NCBI GenBank assembly: GCA_040752815.1
Contig: JBFMGC010000011.1
Location: 6,352 to 70,351 of the forward strand
From: Candidatus Zixiibacteriota bacterium
GTDB lineage: Bacteria; Zixibacteria; MSB-5A5; GN15; FEB-12
Length of the DNA stretch: 64,000 nt
Reading direction: 5' to 3'
A program made the position numbers and the translations under genes. The notes beneath the pieces were generated by a model, which was not told where the DNA came from, searched no databases, and was given only the letters and a program-made list of their open reading frames with translations. The number at the start of each line of letters is the position of its first letter. The first letter of the stretch is position 1. Positions 8,820 through 17,030 of this stretch are shown in pieces.

Positions 8820-9725
8820 ATGCCCCGTTCACTCTGCGAAATCACTGACTTCAGCTCAGCAGAAATCCACGAAATGCTGGACTTGTGCACCGACCTCAAA
8901 TCAGGGAAGCTCGCCCCGAGACCTCTTGAGGGGAAAGCAGCAGCGTGCATCTTTCTGAAAGAATCGCTTCGGACGCGGGTTTCATTCGAGGTAGGGATCA
9001 GTCAACTGGGCGGCCACCCAATCTATATCACCGACAAGGAAATCAAACTCGGCCAGCGCGAGTCGGTGGCCGATGCCGCGAGAGTTTTATCGCGTTACGT
9101 AGGTCTGATCATGATTCGCACCTTTGCTCAGGCCGATGTGGTTGAGCTGGCGAAATACGCCTCGGTGCCGGTCATTAACGGCCTGACCGACCTGGTCCAT
9201 CCGTGCCAGATCCTGGGGGACTACTTCACGGCGATAGAACACCTTGGCAAGCGCGAACGGTACGCGGTGGCGTATCTCGGCGACGGCAACAATGTCACTA
9301 ATAGCTGGCTGAATTTGGCCTCCCGGGTGCCGCTGGACATCAGGGTGGGTACGTCCGGAGACACGCTCCCCAACCCGATTCATGTCGGGCGCGCCAAGTC
9401 CAATCCAAAGAGCAGGGTGCTGATTACCGACGATCCTAAAGAAGCCGTCCGCGGTGCCGATGTAGTCTATACCGATGTCTGGGCCTCGATGGGCCAGAAA
9501 CATCTGGCAGAAGAAAAGGCGAGCAAACTAAAGAAGTTTCAGGTAAATAGCGCTCTGCTGGAGGAGGCCGGACCCGAGGCGATAGTGATGCACTGCCTCC
9601 CCGCCGAACGAGGCAAGGAGATTACCGACGAGGTGATGGACGGGCCGCGCTCGGTGGTTTTCGACGAGGCAGAAAACCGACTGCATATACAGAAAGCCAT
9701 CATGGTGTTTCTGCTGCAGCACTGA
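8820..9725 (+). CDS. argF: Ornithine carbamoyltransferase
   Basis: Carbamoyl-phosphate motif S-L-RTR (ESLRTRVSFE), HPCQILGD, GDGNNV, the ornithine-binding DVWASMG loop, and HCLPAERGKEITDEV. A GAGGAG Shine-Dalgarno precedes the ATG. Confidence 0.85.
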   Translation: MPRSLCEITDFSSAEIHEMLDLCTDLKSGKLAPRPLEGKAAACIFLKESLRTRVSFEVGISQLGGHPIYITDKEIKLGQRESVADAARVLSRYVGLIMIRTFAQADVVELAKYASVPVINGLTDLVHPCQILGDYFTAIEHLGKRERYAVAYLGDGNNVTNSWLNLASRVPLDIRVGTSGDTLPNPIHVGRAKSNPKSRVLITDDPKEAVRGADVVYTDVWASMGQKHLAEEKASKLKKFQVNSALLEEAGPEAIVMHCLPAERGKEITDEVMDGPRSVVFDEAENRLHIQKAIMVFLLQH

Positions 9726-9776
9726 GCCCCGCGCCTAATCCGCCGGCAGGAGCGATCCAACGAAAGGAGACGCACC

Positions 9777-10613
9777 ATGCGTTTCATCAAGTCACTCCTC
9801 CCGGCGGGGACGACCGTTTCTCTAACCGTTTTCCTGGCGCTCGGCTGCTCGGATGACAAGAAGCTCACTCCGCCTACGCCACCCGAGGATCATGGTATCG
9901 AGTCGATGCTCGGGCTGATTCAGTCTCAGGTACATGAGTATCTCGATTCGGCTGCGGCCGCAATGGAAGCCGGCCTCGAAGTAGCCACGTTTATCGATGT
10001 CGACTATACCGACATCGGCGACGCCTTCATGGGGCCGGGCCTGCCGGATTCGACTGTCGACCAGCGCCGCTGGATCGTGTCCTACCTGACGGATCTCTCA
10101 TCCGGCACAGGAACCCTGTCGATTATTGACTCACTTGCGTACGTGGTAAACGGCAATCTGAGCATCAACGCGCGCGGTGCCCAGGCCATGTATGTCAAAC
10201 ATAACTACGGTTTTGTCAGCGACGACACCACGGTGACTTTTACCGATCGCACGAACCGCGGTGATCTCCACATTACGGGGATCGACGGCACCACTGCTAC
10301 CATCAACGGTGAGTTCCAGGTGACGATCAGGGATAAGTTCGTGGCGTCAGATTCGACGGTCTGGAACAACTGGATTATCAATTCGACGGTCTCCGAGCTG
10401 GCTTTCACGCGTACCGGCTTGACCTGGACCACGGGTTGCCCCAACTCCGGGACGTGCACCGTGAACGTCGAATACCAGTACGGCCGCAATGAGGACATCC
10501 CGACCACCACGGAATGGCAGTTTGACATCACGTTTACGGATGGAACGATAGCGGCCGATGTCGCCGTGGGGCAGTTGCGGACGTCATACGACTACACGCT
10601 CTGCACGCCGTAG
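9777..10613 (+). CDS. Hypothetical lipoprotein
   Basis: Signal peptide with lipobox (VFLALGC-SDD). AAAGGAG Shine-Dalgarno. Thr/Gly-rich, beta-rich sequence with no family I recognise. Confidence 0.6.
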   Translation: MRFIKSLLPAGTTVSLTVFLALGCSDDKKLTPPTPPEDHGIESMLGLIQSQVHEYLDSAAAAMEAGLEVATFIDVDYTDIGDAFMGPGLPDSTVDQRRWIVSYLTDLSSGTGTLSIIDSLAYVVNGNLSINARGAQAMYVKHNYGFVSDDTTVTFTDRTNRGDLHITGIDGTTATINGEFQVTIRDKFVASDSTVWNNWIINSTVSELAFTRTGLTWTTGCPNSGTCTVNVEYQYGRNEDIPTTTEWQFDITFTDGTIAADVAVGQLRTSYDYTLCTP

Positions 10614-10718
10614 TCGGTGTGGCCGCATCGATTCTGCAGGCCGGGATCCATGTGTTCCCGGCCTCTTGTGTGACTCACGTCGGACGGTTTGTTGCTTGGG
10701 ATACGGTGGTGGGGTAGA

Positions 10719-10747
10719 CGTCACCCTTCGACAGGCTCAGGGTGACG
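10719..10747. repeat. GC-rich palindromic (REP-like) hairpin
   Basis: cgtcaccct-tcgacaggctc-agggtgacg forms a 9-bp stem. It is intergenic, between the lipoprotein gene and the thioesterase gene. Confidence 0.6.
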
Positions 10748-10840
10748 AAGGGGGATGAGTCACGGTGACCAAATCACATGCGTTTTCCACGCCGTAGTAT
10801 CGGTGCCTTCGCTAGCCACCGAAAACACCAATACCCCAAA

Positions 10841-10867
10841 GTCATGCTGAGCCTGCCGAAGCGTGAC
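10841..10867. repeat. GC-rich palindromic (REP-like) hairpin
   Basis: gtcatgc-tgagcctgccgaa-gcgtgac forms a 7-bp stem with one G-U pair. It lies in the same intergenic region as the 10719 hairpin. Confidence 0.5.
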
Positions 10868-10889
10868 TTACCCCGACCCCGACTTTGAC

Positions 10890-11354
10890 ATGGCGCTTCC
10901 CGCGACCTATCCTCACCCCATGAAAGAGATAATTAGATACGGCGGCTGCTTTGTCTGCGGGGATCAGAATAAGTTCGGCCTGCAGGCGAAGTTCTTTGAT
11001 AATAACGGCGAGGCCGTCACCGATGTCGTGGCCTCGCCGGCATTCGAGGGATATTACGGGATATATCACGGTGGGGTGCTGGCAAGCCTGCTCGATGAGG
11101 TGATGATTAAGGCTATATTAGCGCGAGGGGTTTTTGCCGTGACCGCGGAGATGACCGTTCGTTTTCGCCGACCCGTGTCGATAGGCGAGAAGCTCAAGAT
11201 TACCGGCAGGATCGTAAGCCGGAAAGGCCGGGTTTACGCCACGGAGGGCACAGCCGCCGGTTCCGACGGGACTGTCTTTGCCACGGCCATCGGCACCTAT
11301 CTCGAGGCGCGCGAGGACCTCAAATCGCGACTGGTCCGCTCGCTCGGTAAGTAG
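10890..11354 (+). CDS. PaaI/hotdog-fold acyl-CoA thioesterase family protein
   Basis: CFVCGDQNKFGL and YHGGVLASLLDEVM motifs, with the size of a single hotdog domain. The start is uncertain (GTG 10863, ATG 10890 or ATG 10920). Confidence 0.7.
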   Translation: MALPATYPHPMKEIIRYGGCFVCGDQNKFGLQAKFFDNNGEAVTDVVASPAFEGYYGIYHGGVLASLLDEVMIKAILARGVFAVTAEMTVRFRRPVSIGEKLKITGRIVSRKGRVYATEGTAAGSDGTVFATAIGTYLEAREDLKSRLVRSLGK

Positions 11355-11493
11355 TCTGCTGCGGAACTCGCCAAATCGTGAACGGCACTGCGGACTAGCG
11401 AAATCTGCACTTGAAGTCGTAGCATATCCTGCTGATATACAATGTGTTAACCTCCGGCCGGAGAGCGGCACTCGGGTTGCTCTTTAGCCCAGG

Positions 11494-12006
11494 ATGGCCG
11501 CCGGCATCCCGCGTGTAGACTGCTACATAGGTTCGTTCCACAGACCGCTTCAGGAGCCCTGGCTGGAGGCTCAGGGATTCGGTAAGGGCTTGATTCTGTT
11601 CGCTATTCCGAGCCACGGCATCATCTTCAAATGCATGGCCAAGGGGGATCCGGTCGATCTTGAATTCGGCGCCTTTTTCGCCCTGCTTCGCTTCGTACAA
11701 ACCTCGTTAGCCGCGCAGAAGATCACCGCAGTGCGGGTGCACAGCTCTTGTCCGGAATTCGTCTTCGCGATCTTAAATGACGGCCCGCAACTCAAGGCGC
11801 GCCGCGGCCGCCGCAAGGTGCTGAACGAATACCAATCCCGCGTTGATACTGAACTCGTCTTTATTCAGCCAAGGCAGAACAAGGTGTGGGCGGCCCCGGA
11901 GAATTTCCCGTGCACTCCCCAGAACCAGCCGCCTCCGCTTCGGCCGCAACGAACCGGTCGGCCGAGAGTCCGGTTTTGTCCCATCCAAAAGGGAATTGTG
12001 CTGTAA
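11494..12006 (+). CDS. Hypothetical protein (weak call; remote RNase H-like pattern)
   Basis: This is the only sizeable ORF in an ~820-nt gap. The segment LEFGAFFALLRFVQ..ITAVRVHSS..FVFAIL resembles the AEY-ALL..L...v.v.DS layout of RNase H-like folds, but the acidic catalytic residues are not all present. There is no clear RBS. Confidence 0.25.
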   Translation: MAAGIPRVDCYIGSFHRPLQEPWLEAQGFGKGLILFAIPSHGIIFKCMAKGDPVDLEFGAFFALLRFVQTSLAAQKITAVRVHSSCPEFVFAILNDGPQLKARRGRRKVLNEYQSRVDTELVFIQPRQNKVWAAPENFPCTPQNQPPPLRPQRTGRPRVRFCPIQKGIVL

Positions 12007-12178
12007 TACGCAGGCCCCCAAACCCGGTCAGTCTCCTTGACAAAAACCTGTTCGAGGGTACTTTGAGTCAGTGGTCACCGGCGAAACTACCCGGTCCCAC
12101 AATATGTTACACAGGCGCGACGGTACTCGCGTCCTATGGGTGGCACATGATCAATTCCCGGAAACAGGACAATTCCCG

Positions 12179-14944
12179 ATGACAACCCACGGACGTCACC
12201 GAATAGTCGCGACTCTTGTTCTAACCGTATCGTTAAGCCTTATCGGCAGTGTTGAATTGTTGGCGGAGCCAATCGGACTGGTGACCATTAGCAGCGACTC
12301 AGATGCTGAGGTCGCCCGGTCCATTGTAGGCACCGCCTATATTCGGAGCAGCAACCGGTTCCTGGTGACGGCCGATTTGGTGCAACAGGGTATGCTGTCG
12401 TCGGCCGGGCTCGAGTTCGAATTGCTGCTCGAAGAGGCCGACCCTGCCGCGGTCTATCAGATCTATGCGCTCGATCATCCCAAAGCGCCGATGATATTGG
12501 ATCTCGAGGCGTTTGGCCGCGTGATCGAACTCGGGCGCGACATCCGAATCATGCAACTGACTCGCGCTGAGGCCGCCTCGGTGGCTGATGATGCCCAGCT
12601 CGAGACGGTCAGTCTGAGCGAATTATCCGTGCCGATATTCTATCCGCACCCCGTGGTTGCTGCTCCGCTGGTGGATACCTACCCGTCGGATTCGCTCACT
12701 AATCGCGTAAATCAGGACTCCCTGCGGGCCTTTGTGCAGCGTCTCGAAGATTTCCGCACCCGTTACACTTACACCGATTCGTGCCTGCGTGCGCGCGACT
12801 GGATCGCCCAGAAGTTCCGTGACTGGGGGTATACGGATGTTACCACTCCCGCGTTCTACTATGGCGGCGCCTGGCATTACAACGTCAAGGCGGTGAAGCC
12901 GGGCGTGGCAGAGCCGGACAAGGTGATCGTGATCGGCGGCCACTATGACTCTTACGTACGCAGCGATCAGTCGCCCGGACGGTTTATCTACGCCCCCGGG
13001 GCCGACGACGACGGATCGGGAACGGCGCTGACCCTTGAGGCTGCCCGCGTGCTGGCCAATGTTCCGCTCCGCAAGACGGTGATCTTCATGCCGTTCGGCG
13101 CCGAGGAGATCGGCCTTGTAGGGTCCCAGAATGCCTCGGCAGATTTTGTCACCGCTGGAACGAAACTGGAGGTCATGTACAATTTCGATATGGTTGCTTT
13201 TACGGCCAATTCGTACTGGGATTTCGAGTTCTCGTCGGGCGACATCACGGCCTATCGCGATTTCTCCATTGCCAGCGCCGTGCGAGTAAGTGACCTCATT
13301 CCGGTGACCGCCTCCGCCGGTTCGAGTTCGGACCATTACCCGTTTGACCAGCGCGGCTTTCCTATTGTCAACCACATCGAGTCTGATTTCAATACCCTCG
13401 GATGGCACACCAACCTCGACCTGACCTCGCGGCTGAACATCCCGTACTTTGCCGAAGTTACTAAGACGGCGGTGGCCTCGCTCGCGGTCGTGGCGGATGC
13501 CGCATTTCCAGCGCGAATAACCAGCATTGCTGATGTCGGCGACGGTCAATCGCTCGAAGTCGTCTGGTCGGATTGCAACCCCGGTTGCCAATACACGGTC
13601 TACTGGGGAAGTGCGCCAGGGAACTACACCGATTCGGTTGTGGCTCCGGTCGGCCAGTGTGATGTCACCATCACCGGGTTACTTACGGGCCAGACCGCCT
13701 ATATCCTGGCATTGGGGGTGGCGCCTAACGGATATCGCGCCTTGTACGGCGTTGGAGCAAGCGGCACACCGCTTTTGTATCCGCGAGCGCCGTCGTCATT
13801 CTCCGGAAGCCCCCACGGTTCCCAGATGCGCGTCGATCTGACCTGGCGGTCGAACAACGAACTGGATTTGTCTCACTACCGGCTGTATCGCCGCGTTAGA
13901 GATGTGGGAGTATGGCTGACCATTCAGGACGGCATCACCGATACTTCGGCGACAGACTACGACCTTACTCCGCACGTGGGCTACCAGTATGCCGTGGCCG
14001 CGGTCGATAATGACGGTTACGAGTCACCCATGTCTCAGGCGGTGCTGATCTACCCGGCCACCTACGACGGTGGGCCGGTGATCGGGGATGGATTTGTGAA
14101 GGATCACGACGATGACCCCACGCAGGCCCAGCAGGAAGCCTGGCTTGACACGATTCTCGGTACGAACGGCTTCGGCGTGGCGCCGTCCGACGAATACGGC
14201 GGTCCGGTGACGTTATCGACGATCGGCCAGTATGGCACGCTGCTCTGGATTGACGACGACGTGATTGTTAAGAACATTGCCGCCAGCGCACCCGCCCTCG
14301 ATGAGTTCTCCCAGCACGGCACCAATATGCTCATCTCCGGGTTCCGGACCTGGTACGGATGGTCTGCCAAATCAGTGCCGACCTCGCACCTGCTCTACCG
14401 TGAATTCGGTTTATCGTACTATGATTACACGGCGCAGTTTGATTTTATCGGGGCCTTCGGTCAGGACGGCTGGCCCTCGGTGCAGATCGATCCCACCCGA
14501 GGAGTGGACGAATGGCGCGATATCGCCAAGCTGACCGGCCGCCCCGGCGCGCAGGTCATACTTCGCTTCAATTCGCTCCTGGACCTTCCGGAATGGGAGA
14601 ATCAGCCGGTCGGACTTGCGTATGAGACCGCCAACGGCAAGCGGGTGCTATTATCGTTCCCACTGTACTATCTCACTCCGGCTTCGGCCACCGCTCTGAT
14701 GACCAAAGTATTCGAGTACTTTGGCGTATCGGCGCATTTCAACAAAGGGGATCTGGACAACTCCGGAACTATCGACGTAGTTGACATTACGATCCTGATC
14801 GATCACCTCTTCATCAGTCAGAGCCCGCTCCCCGACCCTTCCGCTGCGGAGATGGACGCCAATCCGGGGGTCAGTATCGGCGACGTCTTCGTGCTGATCG
14901 AGTATCTCTTTCTTGGTGGCCCCGCGCCCTCCGCTCGACCGTAA
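12179..14944 (+). CDS. Secreted M28-family metallopeptidase with FN3/Ig-like middle region and C-terminal dockerin-like double repeat
   Basis: Start is set at the ATG at 12179, giving the signal peptide MTTHGRHRIVATLVLTVSLSLIGSV. M28 metal-binding motifs are HYDS, GADDDGSGTA and FGAEEIGLVGS. The C-terminus reads GDLDNSGTIDVVDITILIDHLFIS..DANPGVSIGDVFVLIEYLFL. Confidence 0.85.
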   Translation: MTTHGRHRIVATLVLTVSLSLIGSVELLAEPIGLVTISSDSDAEVARSIVGTAYIRSSNRFLVTADLVQQGMLSSAGLEFELLLEEADPAAVYQIYALDHPKAPMILDLEAFGRVIELGRDIRIMQLTRAEAASVADDAQLETVSLSELSVPIFYPHPVVAAPLVDTYPSDSLTNRVNQDSLRAFVQRLEDFRTRYTYTDSCLRARDWIAQKFRDWGYTDVTTPAFYYGGAWHYNVKAVKPGVAEPDKVIVIGGHYDSYVRSDQSPGRFIYAPGADDDGSGTALTLEAARVLANVPLRKTVIFMPFGAEEIGLVGSQNASADFVTAGTKLEVMYNFDMVAFTANSYWDFEFSSGDITAYRDFSIASAVRVSDLIPVTASAGSSSDHYPFDQRGFPIVNHIESDFNTLGWHTNLDLTSRLNIPYFAEVTKTAVASLAVVADAAFPARITSIADVGDGQSLEVVWSDCNPGCQYTVYWGSAPGNYTDSVVAPVGQCDVTITGLLTGQTAYILALGVAPNGYRALYGVGASGTPLLYPRAPSSFSGSPHGSQMRVDLTWRSNNELDLSHYRLYRRVRDVGVWLTIQDGITDTSATDYDLTPHVGYQYAVAAVDNDGYESPMSQAVLIYPATYDGGPVIGDGFVKDHDDDPTQAQQEAWLDTILGTNGFGVAPSDEYGGPVTLSTIGQYGTLLWIDDDVIVKNIAASAPALDEFSQHGTNMLISGFRTWYGWSAKSVPTSHLLYREFGLSYYDYTAQFDFIGAFGQDGWPSVQIDPTRGVDEWRDIAKLTGRPGAQVILRFNSLLDLPEWENQPVGLAYETANGKRVLLSFPLYYLTPASATALMTKVFEYFGVSAHFNKGDLDNSGTIDVVDITILIDHLFISQSPLPDPSAAEMDANPGVSIGDVFVLIEYLFLGGPAPSARP

Positions 14945-15072
14945 AGTGTGACTCATGGCTCGGGCGAGTCCAGTCGCCCAAGCGCTTCCCGGCAAAAACT
15001 TGTTGAATCCTTGGGCGGTGAGTTCCTAAGTTGGATAGACGACGCTCGCCGCGCAGGTGGAAACGAAAGAAG

Positions 15073-15102
15073 CCCCGCGCCGGGGTCGGGCGCGGGGTTT
15101 AA
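15073..15102. terminator. Bidirectional intrinsic terminator between M28 peptidase gene and rpsT
   Basis: ccccgcgcc-ggggtcg-ggcgcgggg forms a 9-bp GC stem. It is followed by TTTAATT on the plus strand and by TTCTTTC on the minus strand. Confidence 0.7.
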
Positions 15103-15129
15103 TTGGTTGGGTGGCTCGATAATGAAAAG

Positions 15130-15384
15130 CTATGATAGCTTGGCGACAAACTGGGCCAGACGGGATTTATTTCGGGCGGCGGTGCGCTTATGAATGAGTC
15201 CGCTGCCGGCCGCTTTGTCGATAATTATCGTGGCTTCCTTGAACTTGAGGACAGCCTCGTCCTTTCGGGTTTCAACTCTAACGTCCTTGATGGCCTGACG
15301 CAGCCGCGAACGGAACGACCGGTTCCGGTTGCGTTCCGCCTCGGACGTCCTCATGCGCTTTTCGCACGACTTATGATTCGGCAA
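15130..15384 (-). CDS. rpsT: 30S ribosomal protein S20
   Basis: 84 aa. MPNHKSCEKRMRTSEAERNRNRSFRSRLRQAIK.. is the typical basic helical S20 N-terminus. Confidence 0.9.
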   Translation of the reverse strand: MPNHKSCEKRMRTSEAERNRNRSFRSRLRQAIKDVRVETRKDEAVLKFKEATIIIDKAAGSGLIHKRTAARNKSRLAQFVAKLS

Positions 15385-15445
15385 CTCTCATCCTTTCATG
15401 CTTCTGTGAACAACTCAACCATGGAATATAATCGGCGGGGCTGCT

Positions 15446-17014
15446 TTGTCAACGGCTAACCGGACGAAAAGTTCCACGGTGGCCTCGGTCAGCAAGGTAT
15501 CCGGCGCCACCGCGATTTCCCGTGTCCTGGGCCTCGTCCGCGAGCAGGCGCAGGCCTATTTCTTCGGCGCGTCGATGGCCACCGACGCCTTCGTAGCCGC
15601 TTTCCGCATTCCCAATTTGCTGCGCGATCTTTTTGCCGAGGGGGCGCTGTCCGCCGCGTTCGTGCCGATTTTTAAAGACAAACTGGTGAACGAATCGGAG
15701 GACAGTTCATTTGCCCTTGCGCGTACGGTCGCCTCGGCGATCCTGCTGGTGGTCGGTGCGATCGTTCTGCTGGGAATGATCGCCACGCCGGTGCTGATCT
15801 TCATTTCGGCGAACGGCTTTACGGAGGACGCAGAGAAATTCGCCCTGACCATCGATCTCACCCGCATCATGTGGGTCTACCTGTTGCTCGTATCGCTTTC
15901 AGCTTTGGTGATGGGTATGTTGAACTCGTTTGGGCGGTTCGGAGTCCCTGCTCTGTCGCCCGCCATGTTCAACCTGGGGATAATCGCCTGTGTGTTTATC
16001 ATGTATCAATGGTTTGACGTTCCGATTTACGCGATGGCCATAGGTGTGCTGGTGGGCGGACTCGGCCAGTTGGCGATGCAACTGCCGCAGCTCTGGCGAA
16101 TCGGGTTCCGCTTCCGCTGGAGTTTCACCTTTTTTGACGAAGGTTTTCGCAAGGTGCTCCGAATGTTCCTGCCCATGGTAGCCGGGATGTCCGCCAGCCG
16201 GGTGAACATCCTGATCAGCACTTTGATGGCGTCATACCTGGTGGAAGGTTCAATCTCGTATCTCAATTACTCTTTTCGATTGATGCACTTCCCGCTGGGG
16301 GTGTTCGCTGTGGCGCTCGGCACGGTCGCTCTGCCCAACGCATCCGAGCTGGCCGCCCGTAGAGAATTTGATCGCCTCGGCGCGGCGCTTTCGGAGTCCC
16401 TCAGCCTCAACCTGTTTCTGATCATTCCCTCGGCGGCGTTTCTGGCGATCATAGGAACCGATCTGGTCGACGTTATCTATCGCTGGGGGCGGTTTTCGCA
16501 GGGTGACACCGTCAACACCGGCCTGGCGCTGCTGCATTATTCGTACGGGCTGATCGGCTTTGCCGCTGTCCGCGTGACCGTGCCGATTTACTATGCCCTG
16601 AAAGATTCCTCGCTACCGATGCGGATTTCGATAATCTCCGTCGCTGTAAACATCGCGCTCTATTATCCCCTGATGAAGCTGCTCAGCTTCGCCGGGCTGG
16701 CCGCGGCAACATCGATTGCCGGTCTGGTAAATTTCGCTTTGCTTCTCGTGTATCTTCCGCGAAAGGGGGTAAGCCTGGAGTACCGACCCCTCTTGTTCAG
16801 TTTCGTGAAAGTTGGCGTGGCATCGGCCGTCGCGTTTTATGGTGCATCAATGCTTCCCATTCCCGCATCATCTGACTGGCCCGAGGGCATCGCCAGGCTC
16901 TGGCAATTCGGGGCGAAGTTTACGGTGGGCGTGATCCTGTATCTGCTTCTATGTGCAATACTGAGAGTACCCGAGATGCGGCTCATCCAAAATCGAATTA
17001 GGCGACGGACATAA
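15446..17014 (+). CDS. murJ: Lipid II flippase MurJ (MviN)
   Basis: SRVLGLVREQAQAYFFGASMATDAFVAAFRIPNLLRDLFAEGALSAAFVPIF is the MurJ N-terminal signature. About 14 TM segments and 522 aa. TTG start as given by the ORF track. Confidence 0.9.
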   Translation: MSTANRTKSSTVASVSKVSGATAISRVLGLVREQAQAYFFGASMATDAFVAAFRIPNLLRDLFAEGALSAAFVPIFKDKLVNESEDSSFALARTVASAILLVVGAIVLLGMIATPVLIFISANGFTEDAEKFALTIDLTRIMWVYLLLVSLSALVMGMLNSFGRFGVPALSPAMFNLGIIACVFIMYQWFDVPIYAMAIGVLVGGLGQLAMQLPQLWRIGFRFRWSFTFFDEGFRKVLRMFLPMVAGMSASRVNILISTLMASYLVEGSISYLNYSFRLMHFPLGVFAVALGTVALPNASELAARREFDRLGAALSESLSLNLFLIIPSAAFLAIIGTDLVDVIYRWGRFSQGDTVNTGLALLHYSYGLIGFAAVRVTVPIYYALKDSSLPMRISIISVAVNIALYYPLMKLLSFAGLAAATSIAGLVNFALLLVYLPRKGVSLEYRPLLFSFVKVGVASAVAFYGASMLPIPASSDWPEGIARLWQFGAKFTVGVILYLLLCAILRVPEMRLIQNRIRRRT

Positions 17015-17030
17015 TTGTGAGCGGGGGACT

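Noticed and set aside
12623-13591. 322-aa minus-strand ORF inside the M28 peptidase gene. Similar long antisense ORFs occur at 27707-28666, 31903-32739, 40549-41376, 17598-18161 and 44305-44934.
   Set aside because: All lie antisense to confidently identified genes. They lack ribosome-binding sites and recognisable domains, and their composition is Arg/Gly/His-rich. They are GC-driven shadow ORFs.
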